From NCBI GenBank assembly GCA_937975745.1, contig CALJUK010000225.1:1-52115 (forward strand): 52,115 nt of DNA, written 5' to 3'. The translations under genes were made by a program, and so were the position numbers. The stretch is from an uncultured Planctomycetaceae bacterium. Lineage in GTDB: Bacteria > Planctomycetota > Planctomycetia > Planctomycetales > Planctomycetaceae. The notes under the pieces were generated by a model, which saw only the letters and a list, made by a program, of their open reading frames with translations, was not told the origin of the DNA and did no database searches. Below, one piece after another: positions 40,313-50,099 of the stretch. Every line of letters starts with the position of its first letter. Within the stretch, counting starts at the first letter, position 1.

Positions 40313-41500
40313 TTATGGGGTCACGTCCACGTTACCAATTCTTGACCACTCGCGGCCGAAGTTCACCGGGCTCTGCATGACATTGTGACGAACGTCTCCA
40401 GCTTTGGCGATCTCAAGAGCACGCCAGAATTCGCCCATCACCTGATCTGCATCATTCCGCGAGGTCGATCGGGCAAACTCCGACTCGGCCAATCGGAACA
40501 AGGCGTCTCGAACCGATGTCTGATCGAGGTCAACAAGGGACGAGATCGTGTACTTGACATCGGAGTAGTCCGACGAAATCGCCGAATCGACGGTTAGCGT
40601 CGTGGCGTTAGTGACTGCCGTGATGATTCGCTCTTCTTGAGCTGTGATATCCGTCTCATCGAGTCCACCAACTGCTGGGCCTGGGCTTGCGCTGGTCGAA
40701 CCAACCCGAAGCACGCAACCAACCATGTTCGATGAAAACGCTGTGCTGGTCCCTGTGACCGTTGTTGTCGCCGTTGGGCTCCCGTCAATTGTGATGGTGC
40801 CGGCTTCTTCTCGCGCGATGTGTGTCGCCGAGACCCGGCGGAAATAGCTTGCCGAGTAGATGCGCGCTGTCTGCGGGCTTGGCGTCACACGGAACGCCAT
40901 TCGGCCCAATTGATTTGGGTGGCCGACAATCGAGTACGTGTGCGGCTCGCCGATCCCAAGGCTGTCGAGGACATCCCAGGCGTGGGCATCACCATCACTT
41001 CCATACTCAAGAGCAATCTCCCAGTTCTCATCGAGAAGCTCGGTGATCTCGTCAACATCCGTTGGTAGCAAGTAGAGGTTCTGTGAAAGTGTCGTGTTTC
41101 CGGACGCCACATCATCGCCGGGCGTAAACTCTGGGCGGATCGTCAGGACAGTCGCACTCGTCCGCTCTTGAACTTGATAGGTTTCGGTCCCGATCTTGAT
41201 CTGGCCATCACCAGCCCATGTTGGCCAGGAACCGCTGGCACGCGTCACCGCGCGAGTGCTTTCGGTGTACGTGGCCGTGACGTTTTCCTCGGGAGCATTC
41301 GTCTGGAACTTGTGGATCCGCACGAATCGCTTCCAGGTCCCATAGTTTGCAAACGTCCGAGTGGCCGTGTTCACCGCTCGCCGTGCCATTCGCGCGTTGC
41401 GATGGTTGCGGGGCACGTCAAACCGGTCCAGGACGTGCTCGACCATGTCCTGGTACGTGACGAGTGGTTCTGTCGCTGTTGCCGGGATTTCGACAGTCAT
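40313..41500 (-). CDS. large virion protein (major capsid or adaptor candidate; unassigned)
   Basis: ORF 40313..41647 (GTG). ATG41500 has GGAG 8 nt upstream, and the 49 aa before it are Arg-rich and look non-coding. Confidence 0.5.
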   Translation of the reverse strand: MTVEIPATATEPLVTYQDMVEHVLDRFDVPRNHRNARMARRAVNTATRTFANYGTWKRFVRIHKFQTNAPEENVTATYTESTRAVTRASGSWPTWAGDGQIKIGTETYQVQERTSATVLTIRPEFTPGDDVASGNTTLSQNLYLLPTDVDEITELLDENWEIALEYGSDGDAHAWDVLDSLGIGEPHTYSIVGHPNQLGRMAFRVTPSPQTARIYSASYFRRVSATHIAREEAGTITIDGSPTATTTVTGTSTAFSSNMVGCVLRVGSTSASPGPAVGGLDETDITAQEERIITAVTNATTLTVDSAISSDYSDVKYTISSLVDLDQTSVRDALFRLAESEFARSTSRNDADQVMGEFWRALEIAKAGDVRHNVMQSPVNFGREWSRIGNVDVTP

Positions 41501-41642
41501 GCCATCCGCTCCGTTTCTAAGGGCTCCTGTCTCGGAGCTTACCGTGGAACGCCTGAAACCGACAACAGGCACTCGACGTCGCCAATCGGTCGTCCATAGC
41601 GTGGAGGCACGGTGGGTGCGCGGATGGGCGCCACCTGCCATA

Positions 41643-41694
41643 GTCACGGCGGTCTACCGAGGGTAATCTGGGCTGGGCCGCCGTGACGCTTTTT
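41643..41694 (+). other. 10-bp GC hairpin plus T5 (5' leader hairpin or attenuator/terminator-like)
   Basis: GTCACGGCGG (41643-41652) pairs with CCGCCGTGAC (41678-41687), then GC and T5 (41690-41694). It ends 12 nt before ATG41707. Confidence 0.4.
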
Positions 41695-41706
41695 CAGGGA
41701 ACCAGC

Positions 41707-42576
41707 ATGCGAAGATGGGCTCTCAACAGCGATCGGACCATCACCTACTCACAACGCATTCGCCCAGGAATTGGCCTCTCGACTCAGCAGCAGCTTGACC
41801 TCGTTGATGAGTCATGGGCACGGTGGGCGGAAATCTGTGGGATCAACCCCGTCCGCGTTCGGTCACACGCCAATGTGCTCATCTGGTGGCGCAGCCTCTC
41901 CAGCAAACTCCTGGGACAGGCTGTTCTCCCTCAGCCAAACAAGCCCATGAATCAACGGCTTGACCTCAGGCTGAATCGCAACATTCCAAAATGGAAACCG
42001 AACGTCTTCAGAAAAACAGCAACCCACGAGATCGGGCACGTTCTCGGGATTGGCCACCTCAACCATGCAAACTCAGTCATGGAAGGCCGGTACAACCCGA
42101 ACTACACATTGACCGAGTGGGACATTCCCCAAGCCCACAAGCGATACGGCGATCCACTCCCGAAATGGCTCCCAACCCCAAGCGAGGATGACATGTCCAC
42201 TGCTGCGCGGATCAACAACAAGTTGAAATTACGTCTCGCTTCGTCCGACACATTCAACGCCCGTGGCGCTCGTGAGCGATACCTACGCGGCAAGTCCGAC
42301 CACCATTCACTCAACAAAAATGGCTGGTACTTCTTCATGCCAGACGGCGGGTTCTACGCCTGGAGAGGTGGGCAAGGCAAACACACCAGGATCACTGACG
42401 ATAACTCGGAGTTGATCCACAAGTTCGGCACGGAGTTCTACAACAACCCTATCCTGCTGACAGAAGCAAAACTCGCCCCACCGGGCGAAGAAGACACGGA
42501 CACCCGCGACGTTGAATTCACAATCCCTGGTGTCGGCTCATTCAGCGGGACATTCACCCCAGATCAGGTCGACTGA
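41707..42576 (+). CDS. matrixin/metzincin-type zinc metalloprotease (second copy)
   Basis: TATHEIGHVLGIGHLNHANSVM (HExxHxxGxxH plus Met). ORF track starts at GTG41683, inside the hairpin; ATG41707 is preferred. Confidence 0.7.
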   Translation: MRRWALNSDRTITYSQRIRPGIGLSTQQQLDLVDESWARWAEICGINPVRVRSHANVLIWWRSLSSKLLGQAVLPQPNKPMNQRLDLRLNRNIPKWKPNVFRKTATHEIGHVLGIGHLNHANSVMEGRYNPNYTLTEWDIPQAHKRYGDPLPKWLPTPSEDDMSTAARINNKLKLRLASSDTFNARGARERYLRGKSDHHSLNKNGWYFFMPDGGFYAWRGGQGKHTRITDDNSELIHKFGTEFYNNPILLTEAKLAPPGEEDTDTRDVEFTIPGVGSFSGTFTPDQVD

Positions 42577-42833
42577 GCTGTCGCGGGGTAACGCCCCTTG
42601 ATCATCTGGTGAAACGCTGTGCCGATCGATTCCGCAGAACTGATCTTGTTCGCGACCTCTTCAGGCACATTGCTGTAGTCGAACACAGCGCCTGTCCCAA
42701 ACTGGATGGACAACACTCCGTCCCTGTAGCCAGTCACCGACATGCCTGATGGCGTCGATTCAGAGCTGTTGGATGAGTGTGACGATCGGCGCGATTTGCC
42801 AACCAACGATGAGCCGAGGTTTCGGTGCTTCAT
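42564..42833 (-). CDS. KTSC-domain protein
   Basis: GYRDGVLSIQFGTGAVFDYSNVPEEVANKISSAESIGTAFHQMIKGRY. Confidence 0.55.
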   Translation of the reverse strand: MKHRNLGSSLVGKSRRSSHSSNSSESTPSGMSVTGYRDGVLSIQFGTGAVFDYSNVPEEVANKISSAESIGTAFHQMIKGRYPATAQST

Positions 42834-43111
42834 GCTGACAGAACGTCCGAAATCTCTTCAGCAATGACACGGCTTCCGAGGGCCATTCCCAGACGTGATT
42901 GCTCGTCGCCGGTAAGGGCCGCTGCGGACTCGATCTTCCCGATGATGGAGTCGGCGATCGCCCTAATACCGATCTGTGCACGAAAAGCTTCCTTCGCCCT
43001 GGCGCTGAGTGTTCCGCTCCCAGCGTCTATCATATCGGATATTTCATCACCGATCGCCGGGTTAGTAGCCATCACTTGGACGTGACGTCGTGCATTCTGT
43101 GAAAGTGCCAT
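42830..43111 (-). CDS. hypothetical protein
   Basis: 93 aa, ATGA-coupled. Confidence 0.5.
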   Translation of the reverse strand: MALSQNARRHVQVMATNPAIGDEISDMIDAGSGTLSARAKEAFRAQIGIRAIADSIIGKIESAAALTGDEQSRLGMALGSRVIAEEISDVLSA

Positions 43112-43113
43112 AC

Positions 43114-44271
43114 CTAGTTATCCTCGAGTGCGGTTACCTTCGCAGAAAGAATCTGAATCGATTTCATGAGCAGCGGGATCAACTCCGTGTAACGCACACC
43201 ATACGAGTCCGTAGCCGGATCGTACACGAACGCAGCAAAGTCCGAGGTGTTGATGCCCATCTGACCAAGAGTCGATTCGACTTCTTGGGCAATCAGTCCG
43301 AAGTGCGTTCTGCTGAACGTCTTCTCCACAGTTTCGACGACAGCACCCTTAGCAGGAACAGTAACATCTTCTGTCCTGGGCACCTTGCGATAGACTGGAG
43401 CCCCATCCTTTGTAAGAGACTTCCCATTCTCATCTACGACAGGTAGATCGTCGTATAATGGCTCCTCAACATCGTACGTCTCAGTGGACTTGACCACTTT
43501 CCCGCCAACGACCGTGTAGACGTCTCTCGTTTTGGTCACCACATGAGTCACAACACGCGTTTCCACACGCTCAGCCTCGGCCGGCGACACCTCAATTTCT
43601 TGGGTGTAGTCTTTCCAGACAAATGACACTGGCCGCATCGCATTGATGATTTCGAGGCTAGCATCGGTGAGGGGCTTGATGTTGTCCTTCTTCCGCTCAT
43701 CCGATGTCTGGATAGTGCCATTCGTCGCATGAATGTCATCCCACCTCAACGAGGCTGTTCCGATGTCGTAAGTGTCGTCTGTGGTGGGAGCGATGTTTCC
43801 ATCAACTGTGAGTTTCTCGTCAGGTGACGTGTCGCCAACGCCGACATTACCCCCATTCACCACAAATCGCGTTGCGAGGGTTCCAGCCACGACTGTCTGA
43901 AAAACGAGGGCCCCGTCTTCTCCCCCATCGGTCGCGTCGTTGCTGTTGCAGATGATCTTGGCGAATGACAGCTCTGTGTCTGTTGTTGATCTCCCCTTGA
44001 AATCAACAATTGAAACCGTGCGGATAGAGTTCGCAACACCCGTAGCCGACTCATCTATAGTCAGCGTTGTGTTGTTCGTAGACTCAATCTCCACATCTTT
44101 GCTTGGAGACGACGTCCCCACTCCAAGCCTCGACGACAGGATCAAATTCCCCGAAGAATCAACCGTGATCGATTCAGCATTCTCAAGCAGGCGGTCTGCG
44201 ATTTCATCAGCAGCCTTCGCGGACGTCAGCGCTGAAACCAGTCTTGCTTTTGTGTCCTGAGAAACCGCCAT
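43114..44271 (-). CDS. tail fibre/spike protein with a C-terminal S74 intramolecular-chaperone domain
   Basis: TSDERKKDNIKPLTDASLEIINAMRPVSFVWKD. Beta-rich N-terminal half. Confidence 0.75.
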   Translation of the reverse strand: MAVSQDTKARLVSALTSAKAADEIADRLLENAESITVDSSGNLILSSRLGVGTSSPSKDVEIESTNNTTLTIDESATGVANSIRTVSIVDFKGRSTTDTELSFAKIICNSNDATDGGEDGALVFQTVVAGTLATRFVVNGGNVGVGDTSPDEKLTVDGNIAPTTDDTYDIGTASLRWDDIHATNGTIQTSDERKKDNIKPLTDASLEIINAMRPVSFVWKDYTQEIEVSPAEAERVETRVVTHVVTKTRDVYTVVGGKVVKSTETYDVEEPLYDDLPVVDENGKSLTKDGAPVYRKVPRTEDVTVPAKGAVVETVEKTFSRTHFGLIAQEVESTLGQMGINTSDFAAFVYDPATDSYGVRYTELIPLLMKSIQILSAKVTALEDN

Positions 44272-44312
44272 GTCGTGCTCCGTGTGTAAGGGTTGAGCCG
44301 CAGGCTAACGGA

Positions 44313-44621
44313 TCAGTTGCGTTTCTCCAAATCCCGGACTCGCTTCTCAAGATCGGCTATGTTCCGCTCGGCACGTGGAAGAATGTCCTTGGCTTCCTGG
44401 ATCGTCATTCGCTTCTTGAGATCCGTGATGTCGTCCTCAATCAGCTTTTGGATTACGGCATGCAAACGCTCAGTCGAGCTTTCGACGTCCTTGAATCTCT
44501 CCGACATAGACCCCAGGAAGTAGACCGCCGAAAAGGTAGCCATGATCATGGGGAGAAGGAGTCCGATGAGCCACTTCGTATCTCTGGTCAATGGATTACC
44601 TTTGCTTGATGCTTCCATCAC
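44313..44621 (-). CDS. membrane-anchored coiled-coil protein
   Basis: 102 aa. Hydrophobic WLIGLLLPMIMATFSAVYFLG, then a helical tail. Confidence 0.5.
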   Translation of the reverse strand: MMEASSKGNPLTRDTKWLIGLLLPMIMATFSAVYFLGSMSERFKDVESSTERLHAVIQKLIEDDITDLKKRMTIQEAKDILPRAERNIADLEKRVRDLEKRN

Positions 44622-44705
44622 CCCGCCTATCTGTGGTTAGGTTGAACTCCACACGGCGACTGTGCTGATGGGGGACACTATCGCACGCATGGAACTGTGT
44701 GTGTT

Positions 44706-45395
44706 TTACGCACTCGCACCGTGCTTTTCAGTAATCCTCTCCCGCATTTCTTGCTTGGTCATCCTGCCGAGGTCAGGATTCTCCTTGATGTCCTCGGCAG
44801 CCTGTCGTCGGACAAGGTCCTCAGCCAAAGGGACATTGCCTTCGAAGGGGTCAGTCTCTGGCTCATTCCAGGTGACGTTCATCTCGCGATCGATTGTCCC
44901 GCCCCTCGACTCGATCAGACGCTTGATGTAGGTGCGGCCGTCCGAGCGATTCACAAAGGCCTCGGGATCACCCTGAAAGCGGGCAAGACCGGGCATGTAG
45001 ATCGCGCCTTCTGGAGGATTCCGGCCTGTGTGCTTGCGGTGGGCGTTGATGTAGTTCTTAGCCTGCTCATCGCACATCTGGTGGCCCATGTGATGAAGAC
45101 CACTGAAGAACACGTCATCCGTATCCGGCATCGGCGACTTGCGCATCGCGATCAGAGCGGCCATCGAATCAGACACGCCGTTGCGGCGATTTCGCAGATA
45201 CGCTGCGCCGCGTGTTACAGGATACCCAGGTTTCAGAAGCTCGTTAGCTTTGCGGAGGACCTCACGATCGGCAGCGGGGAACTCTTTTTTGATCTCGGCG
45301 GCGTCTGGGGGGACGGCGACTAGCACCCAGTCGTCACCCCAATCCTTGAACTCAATTCGAAGCTGCCCCAGTTCCTCGCTTACTCGCTTGTCCAT
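44706..45395 (-). CDS. hypothetical head-module protein (scaffold or other)
   Basis: 229 aa, directly downstream of the portal gene with a 44-nt overlap. Confidence 0.5.
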   Translation of the reverse strand: MDKRVSEELGQLRIEFKDWGDDWVLVAVPPDAAEIKKEFPAADREVLRKANELLKPGYPVTRGAAYLRNRRNGVSDSMAALIAMRKSPMPDTDDVFFSGLHHMGHQMCDEQAKNYINAHRKHTGRNPPEGAIYMPGLARFQGDPEAFVNRSDGRTYIKRLIESRGGTIDREMNVTWNEPETDPFEGNVPLAEDLVRRQAAEDIKENPDLGRMTKQEMRERITEKHGASA

Positions 45396-47769
45396 CGGGT
45401 TTCTCCCTGTCGTCCTTGGCCGCTTGCGCCTGTGCTCGCTTGGTTGCGATCATGACCTTGGCCATCTCCGTCTTCTGTCGCATCTCCTGTTCGTGCGACT
45501 GCTGGTCTTGGCGGAGATTCTGGTCATGGCGCTCCGCATCCTGCAATAGCTCCACGTCAGATTGCCGTTCGCGGATTTGCTGCTCCAGGGTCAGGCGGCC
45601 GAGTTCACCCTGCTGGCGAATTTGCTCGGTCTCTTGCCGGATTCCCTCAAGCTGAAGTTGAGACGTCGTTTGAGCCAGTTCGGCCTCGACTTCCGCAGGA
45701 GCCAACTCAGCTTCGACTCTGGCCTTCGCTGCCTCTGCGGCCGTCTTGGCGGCTTTTGCCTCCATCTCCGCTACCTGGGCATTCTGCTGCCGCTCTGCGA
45801 CCGCCTGGGACTTCTGTTGCTCCTCGGGAGTCGGCATCGGAATTTGAAGCCCGTCCAGATTGGCATCATGCAGACGACCCCACTCAGCCATCATGGCGTT
45901 GTATGGCTGGTAGTTCCCAGTCCGCTGGGCATAGGCGTCGAGCGATGGCGCGAACAGGCCCATGACCTGCTGGAAGTTGGCGATATCGCGATCCCGGTTT
46001 GGTCGTCGAATGCTCGCGGCCGCGATCGTAAACTGGTACTGACGCATGACCTTTTCCGCATCCTGGCTGGATACGAATCGCTCCCACATTGCTGCACCGA
46101 TCTCGCCGAGCAGTCCTTCAACATCCCGTCCGCGAACAACCATCTGGCTCAGGTGTGCTTCTGCCGCCGCTACTCGGGACTGCCAATCCACCACGCGTTT
46201 GGCCATGAACTCCGGCCGAGTCATCACGGCAGCCTGCTTGGCGATCGTTTCTTCAGCCGTCCGATTCTGTGTGCCGCCCTCGTTCTGGCCATAGAGCGCC
46301 GCTGTAAGACCGGTTCGCTGATTGAACATCTCGGAGACGAACGAAATCAGTTGCGTCATGTCCTGGCGACCCTCTGGTTGCGTCAGGATTTCTACGCCAT
46401 CACTCACCGACTTCACGCCCGGTGGGCTCGGAATGATCGTCTGGTCTTCCCCGTTGAGGATGTAGTCCCGGTAGTGCTCGATGTGCGGCGAAGCAACCGC
46501 CCAGAAGTCTCTACTGGAACTCCATGTCCGGTTTGCAAACCAGGAGAAGAGGAAGTTCAGGAGCTTCAACTCTCCGAGTGCCGGCGCGAGCGGTGCGACT
46601 GGCCACGCGCTTTCTGGATCGTCGTAGTAGTCGAGGAACTCAACTGGCCAACGCTTGTCCTTCCAGAATGGGATTGGCCAAGAAAACGCCTGCCGAACCT
46701 CGTCATCAGAAGCCCCCCGACGAATCTTTTCTGAGGGCATGTTGAGCGGGTATGGAACGTTCGGAGAAACAGCAATGTAGGCGTTGTCGCCCACCACTCG
46801 ATTCAAGTGGTTCTTGATCTTCTCGTCCATTGGAGTGCCCAAGCACCCAACGCCCGCCGTTGAGAACACCTCGTACCAGACGATCGTGTCGTTGGTTTGA
46901 CCAGATGCCCGGCGGGATGTGCCCTCATCGTCGATCGCAACACGTGACGATTGCCACATTGACTCTAGAGTCGTCTTGCCCTTCAGGCTGCCTCGCTTGA
47001 GGCCAAACCGCTTTTCAACATCCGTGTAGACATCGACGTGCTTGATCGCCATCCAGCGGATTTCGTCAACTGAGTCGAAGTCCGGATCGAGATACACGTC
47101 TGTCGGCCGAACACGGAATGCCCCAGTGAGCGTCTTGTCCGATCCCGGCATCCGGTATGGACGAGTGGCGAGAACACCACGCCCCATGATCAGGGCGTCA
47201 ACCGTCGCGCGGAACCCGTGGCAAGCAAGTCCGCCACCCGGCTGCTCCCGAGGCGTGTAGTTGAGCCATTGGCTCAGGAGGTAGGTGAGGGCTTTGTCTT
47301 GAACCGCCTTTCGCCCCATCGATTCGTTGGCTTGAACCATCGCTTGGTTCATCAACTGAACCTTGATCTGCTCGAGCTGCTGGGGATCGACGAGTCCCTG
47401 ATACAGAGCGAGCTTCTCTTCCACCTGCATCTGTGCATAGCCCTGGAGAACGTCCGGCGGAATGTCGCGGCGTTTGGGCTCTACCGTTCGGTTCGGGACT
47501 TCCCAGAAGAGGTTAGGGCCGTAGATCGCGACCAGCTCAAATGCCTTGTTGATCGTGACTTGGAACTTCGGCGCTTTGACTCCCTTCCAGAACTTCTTGG
47601 TGTATCGCGGATCCCACATGGCGGCGGCCGATCGCGAATAGAACATCATGCATTCGTTCGCGATTTCCTCCCACTCCCGCCGGCCTTCGGTTGCAAGCTC
47701 AATGTTGGCCAGCCAACCGGAAACCAGTGGTGCAAGGAACTCAGATTCGAGTGTTGAATAATCCATCAA
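45352..47769 (-). CDS. portal protein candidate with a long C-terminal coiled-coil/Gln-rich tail
   Basis: 805 aa. Assignment rests on size and position just downstream of terminase; no motif-level proof. Confidence 0.55.
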   Translation of the reverse strand: MMDYSTLESEFLAPLVSGWLANIELATEGRREWEEIANECMMFYSRSAAAMWDPRYTKKFWKGVKAPKFQVTINKAFELVAIYGPNLFWEVPNRTVEPKRRDIPPDVLQGYAQMQVEEKLALYQGLVDPQQLEQIKVQLMNQAMVQANESMGRKAVQDKALTYLLSQWLNYTPREQPGGGLACHGFRATVDALIMGRGVLATRPYRMPGSDKTLTGAFRVRPTDVYLDPDFDSVDEIRWMAIKHVDVYTDVEKRFGLKRGSLKGKTTLESMWQSSRVAIDDEGTSRRASGQTNDTIVWYEVFSTAGVGCLGTPMDEKIKNHLNRVVGDNAYIAVSPNVPYPLNMPSEKIRRGASDDEVRQAFSWPIPFWKDKRWPVEFLDYYDDPESAWPVAPLAPALGELKLLNFLFSWFANRTWSSSRDFWAVASPHIEHYRDYILNGEDQTIIPSPPGVKSVSDGVEILTQPEGRQDMTQLISFVSEMFNQRTGLTAALYGQNEGGTQNRTAEETIAKQAAVMTRPEFMAKRVVDWQSRVAAAEAHLSQMVVRGRDVEGLLGEIGAAMWERFVSSQDAEKVMRQYQFTIAAASIRRPNRDRDIANFQQVMGLFAPSLDAYAQRTGNYQPYNAMMAEWGRLHDANLDGLQIPMPTPEEQQKSQAVAERQQNAQVAEMEAKAAKTAAEAAKARVEAELAPAEVEAELAQTTSQLQLEGIRQETEQIRQQGELGRLTLEQQIRERQSDVELLQDAERHDQNLRQDQQSHEQEMRQKTEMAKVMIATKRAQAQAAKDDREKPDGQASKRGTGAASN

Positions 47770-47804
47770 CTCGGCCTTTCACCGCCATGCCCCTTGGACC
47801 GCGA

Positions 47805-48314
47805 TCAGTCTTCGTTGTCGCCCCCACCCTCAAACGGTGGCTTGTCGAAGTGCTTCTCGATGATTGCTTGAGCGTTCCGGACTTGCTCCTCTGCAACAGC
47901 AACCTTCCTGTCCCGGATTGCGCGGTGGAAATCCTTGTGCTGAGACAGGGGGGTGGCCGGCTGGAAATCGATGTAATCCCAACCACCGCTCCGGAGCGTC
48001 ACTTCGTTCGCCGGCCGCTCGTGGATCGGATCAGAGATGTGCCGCACACCCATCTTGTGCTCTGGAACGCCGTTGGGGCGGAAGACAACCAGCGAGACAA
48101 TCCCAGGCTGCTCCTGCTTTGTCACTATCGCCGCGATCTGGCGACCCTCTCCAGTCTGCGCCCGGTCGTACCAGACAACCCCAAACCCGACAGGGGGTGT
48201 CTGGAGCATCTTCTCCTGTTTGAGCTCAGCAACTCGCCGCTCAAGGGCCTCAACGTTGGGCCTCACAGATGGAATGGCGGACGTCATTGGTGCATCAGCA
48301 ACCGCAGTGCTCAT
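47805..48314 (-). CDS. hypothetical protein
   Basis: 169 aa, between the terminase and portal genes. Confidence 0.5.
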   Translation of the reverse strand: MSTAVADAPMTSAIPSVRPNVEALERRVAELKQEKMLQTPPVGFGVVWYDRAQTGEGRQIAAIVTKQEQPGIVSLVVFRPNGVPEHKMGVRHISDPIHERPANEVTLRSGGWDYIDFQPATPLSQHKDFHRAIRDRKVAVAEEQVRNAQAIIEKHFDKPPFEGGGDNED

Positions 48315-48323
48315 CGGGTTCTC

Positions 48324-50099
48324 CTACCAAATGGTGTGGTTCGATCCGGCTCCAAGGACGATGTGCGCTGATCCCGACTGTTCCTCGTGCTTTTTCTTCA
48401 GCGCCTTCACTCTCTGCATGATAGGCGATGAACCAGCGTAGACAGACGGGTTCACGTACGCTTGGTCGACCTCGGCCAACATCTCTATATGGTGGGCACC
48501 ATACTCCAGCGACGCCATCATGTCGAAGAGACGTGGGTTGGCTGGTTCGTCCAGGACAACGTCTTGGCCTTCGCCTCGGGACTCCATCTTCTTTCGGTAC
48601 CGCGCGAACTCCTTGACCGTCTCCGGGCATTGATCCATGACCACCATCAGGCGAGGGAGCCCTGTCTCCGGATTCAGTTGGAGCAGCGTTCGGACCGATC
48701 GATATCGCTGAGTAGGGATGTTGCATCCGGGAATGAACGTGCTGTGAGTCTGGCGACTGCGAAGCTTCTTGCGATCGAAGGCCTCGGCGTAGTGATCCAT
48801 CGTGGATTCATCGCGGCCGGCGTGTGTCTGACGACCGGCATTCTGGTCCATAATGAAGGCCTCGTACTTCATTGGCCCCATCTTGTTTCCGCACAGTTCA
48901 GCCAGCTCATCGGAAGACTTGCGGCGAGCCACAATCTCCCACTCCACAAACGCCATGTTACCGAAGCGAACTCCCTCAAACTCCGGCGGCGGGACTGCGT
49001 AGGACAGAACGCCTGTCCGAGTGTGAGACGGGTCGATCGAGAGATATCGCGTCCAGCTCGGCGGGAAACACAACGACCGGTAGTACAGGTTTCTCACAAA
49101 CTTGTGCGACTCGTGATACTTCCTCTTGAACTTATCCTTTTCGCGCTCGATTCCATGAACGTGCTGATCGAAGGAGTACATATTGAGACGGTCGAGAAGC
49201 AGTTCGCCGCGGTCACGACGTGCGACTTCTTCTTCGCTTCCCATTCTCCCGATCGATTCTTTCTTACCCTTGTCTGTGAGAAATGGATTCTCGGTCATGA
49301 CGAGCTGGACTGAGTCGATCGATCTCTCTGGATCGTCCGCGAGCTGCTCCGCCCGGTTCGCCATGTCCATCAGGGCCTCATTCTTCAGGTGCGGGAACGC
49401 GGACCAAACTAGCCAACCTTCTTCATCCGTCAGACGGTCCTGCCACTCCTTGAGGTGGGTGGGGAACTGGATGTCTTCATCGATCCAGATGCCGGACACC
49501 GCATCACCCTGCTTCGGGTTCCTGGCTGAAGACGGGTAGGCGAAGATCGTTGCTCCGTTCTTGAGCTTCACGCTCTTGAACTGCTTGGACTTCTTGTCTT
49601 CCCAGGCAAACGCATCCTCTCCACCGTCCCAATAGCGCGGGGGAATCAGCGGCTCGGTGAGTTGACTCTCCTTCACCCGCTTGGCGTCAGACGGGTTCGC
49701 ACGGTTCCAGGTGCGCCACTCTCCTGTGAACTCGTCTCGAATCACGCGGTAGGAGCCACCCTGCCCAGGCTCAAACAGAAGACGGTAAAGCGTCTGGCCG
49801 ATGTGGTTCGTATCCCAACCGATGATCCAGTAGATGCGAGGGTACTCAGGATTCGCGGCCGGGAACGCTGGCTCGATAACCGTTCCGTCACCTAGTTGAA
49901 TTGGCTCTCCGAGAACACGGGAAGCGAACAGCGCCGAGACAGACACGGACTTACCGGCACGCTTTCCACCGCGCACCAGGAGTTCAGACGTTGTCGACCG
50001 GTGGACTTTCTCCTGATTTGGGGACGGCCGGTACACCTTGAGAAGTTCCTTCTCCCGGCGACCTAGCTCCGTCTGAAGTTCCACTATCCGCTTCGACAT
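48324..50099 (-). CDS. terminase large subunit
   Basis: Walker A VRGGKRAGKS, Walker B GIWIDED, and nuclease-half acidic motifs (LSIDPS, IMDQNAG, DMMASLEY). Confidence 0.85.
   Translation of the reverse strand: MSKRIVELQTELGRREKELLKVYRPSPNQEKVHRSTTSELLVRGGKRAGKSVSVSALFASRVLGEPIQLGDGTVIEPAFPAANPEYPRIYWIIGWDTNHIGQTLYRLLFEPGQGGSYRVIRDEFTGEWRTWNRANPSDAKRVKESQLTEPLIPPRYWDGGEDAFAWEDKKSKQFKSVKLKNGATIFAYPSSARNPKQGDAVSGIWIDEDIQFPTHLKEWQDRLTDEEGWLVWSAFPHLKNEALMDMANRAEQLADDPERSIDSVQLVMTENPFLTDKGKKESIGRMGSEEEVARRDRGELLLDRLNMYSFDQHVHGIEREKDKFKRKYHESHKFVRNLYYRSLCFPPSWTRYLSIDPSHTRTGVLSYAVPPPEFEGVRFGNMAFVEWEIVARRKSSDELAELCGNKMGPMKYEAFIMDQNAGRQTHAGRDESTMDHYAEAFDRKKLRSRQTHSTFIPGCNIPTQRYRSVRTLLQLNPETGLPRLMVVMDQCPETVKEFARYRKKMESRGEGQDVVLDEPANPRLFDMMASLEYGAHHIEMLAEVDQAYVNPSVYAGSSPIMQRVKALKKKHEEQSGSAHIVLGAGSNHTIW

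Noticed and set aside
45562-46734. 390-aa plus-strand ORF antisense to the portal gene.
   Set aside because: Same reasoning: Leu/Arg-rich composition, fully nested in the 805-aa minus-strand ORF, and it breaks the otherwise tight minus-strand gene packing.
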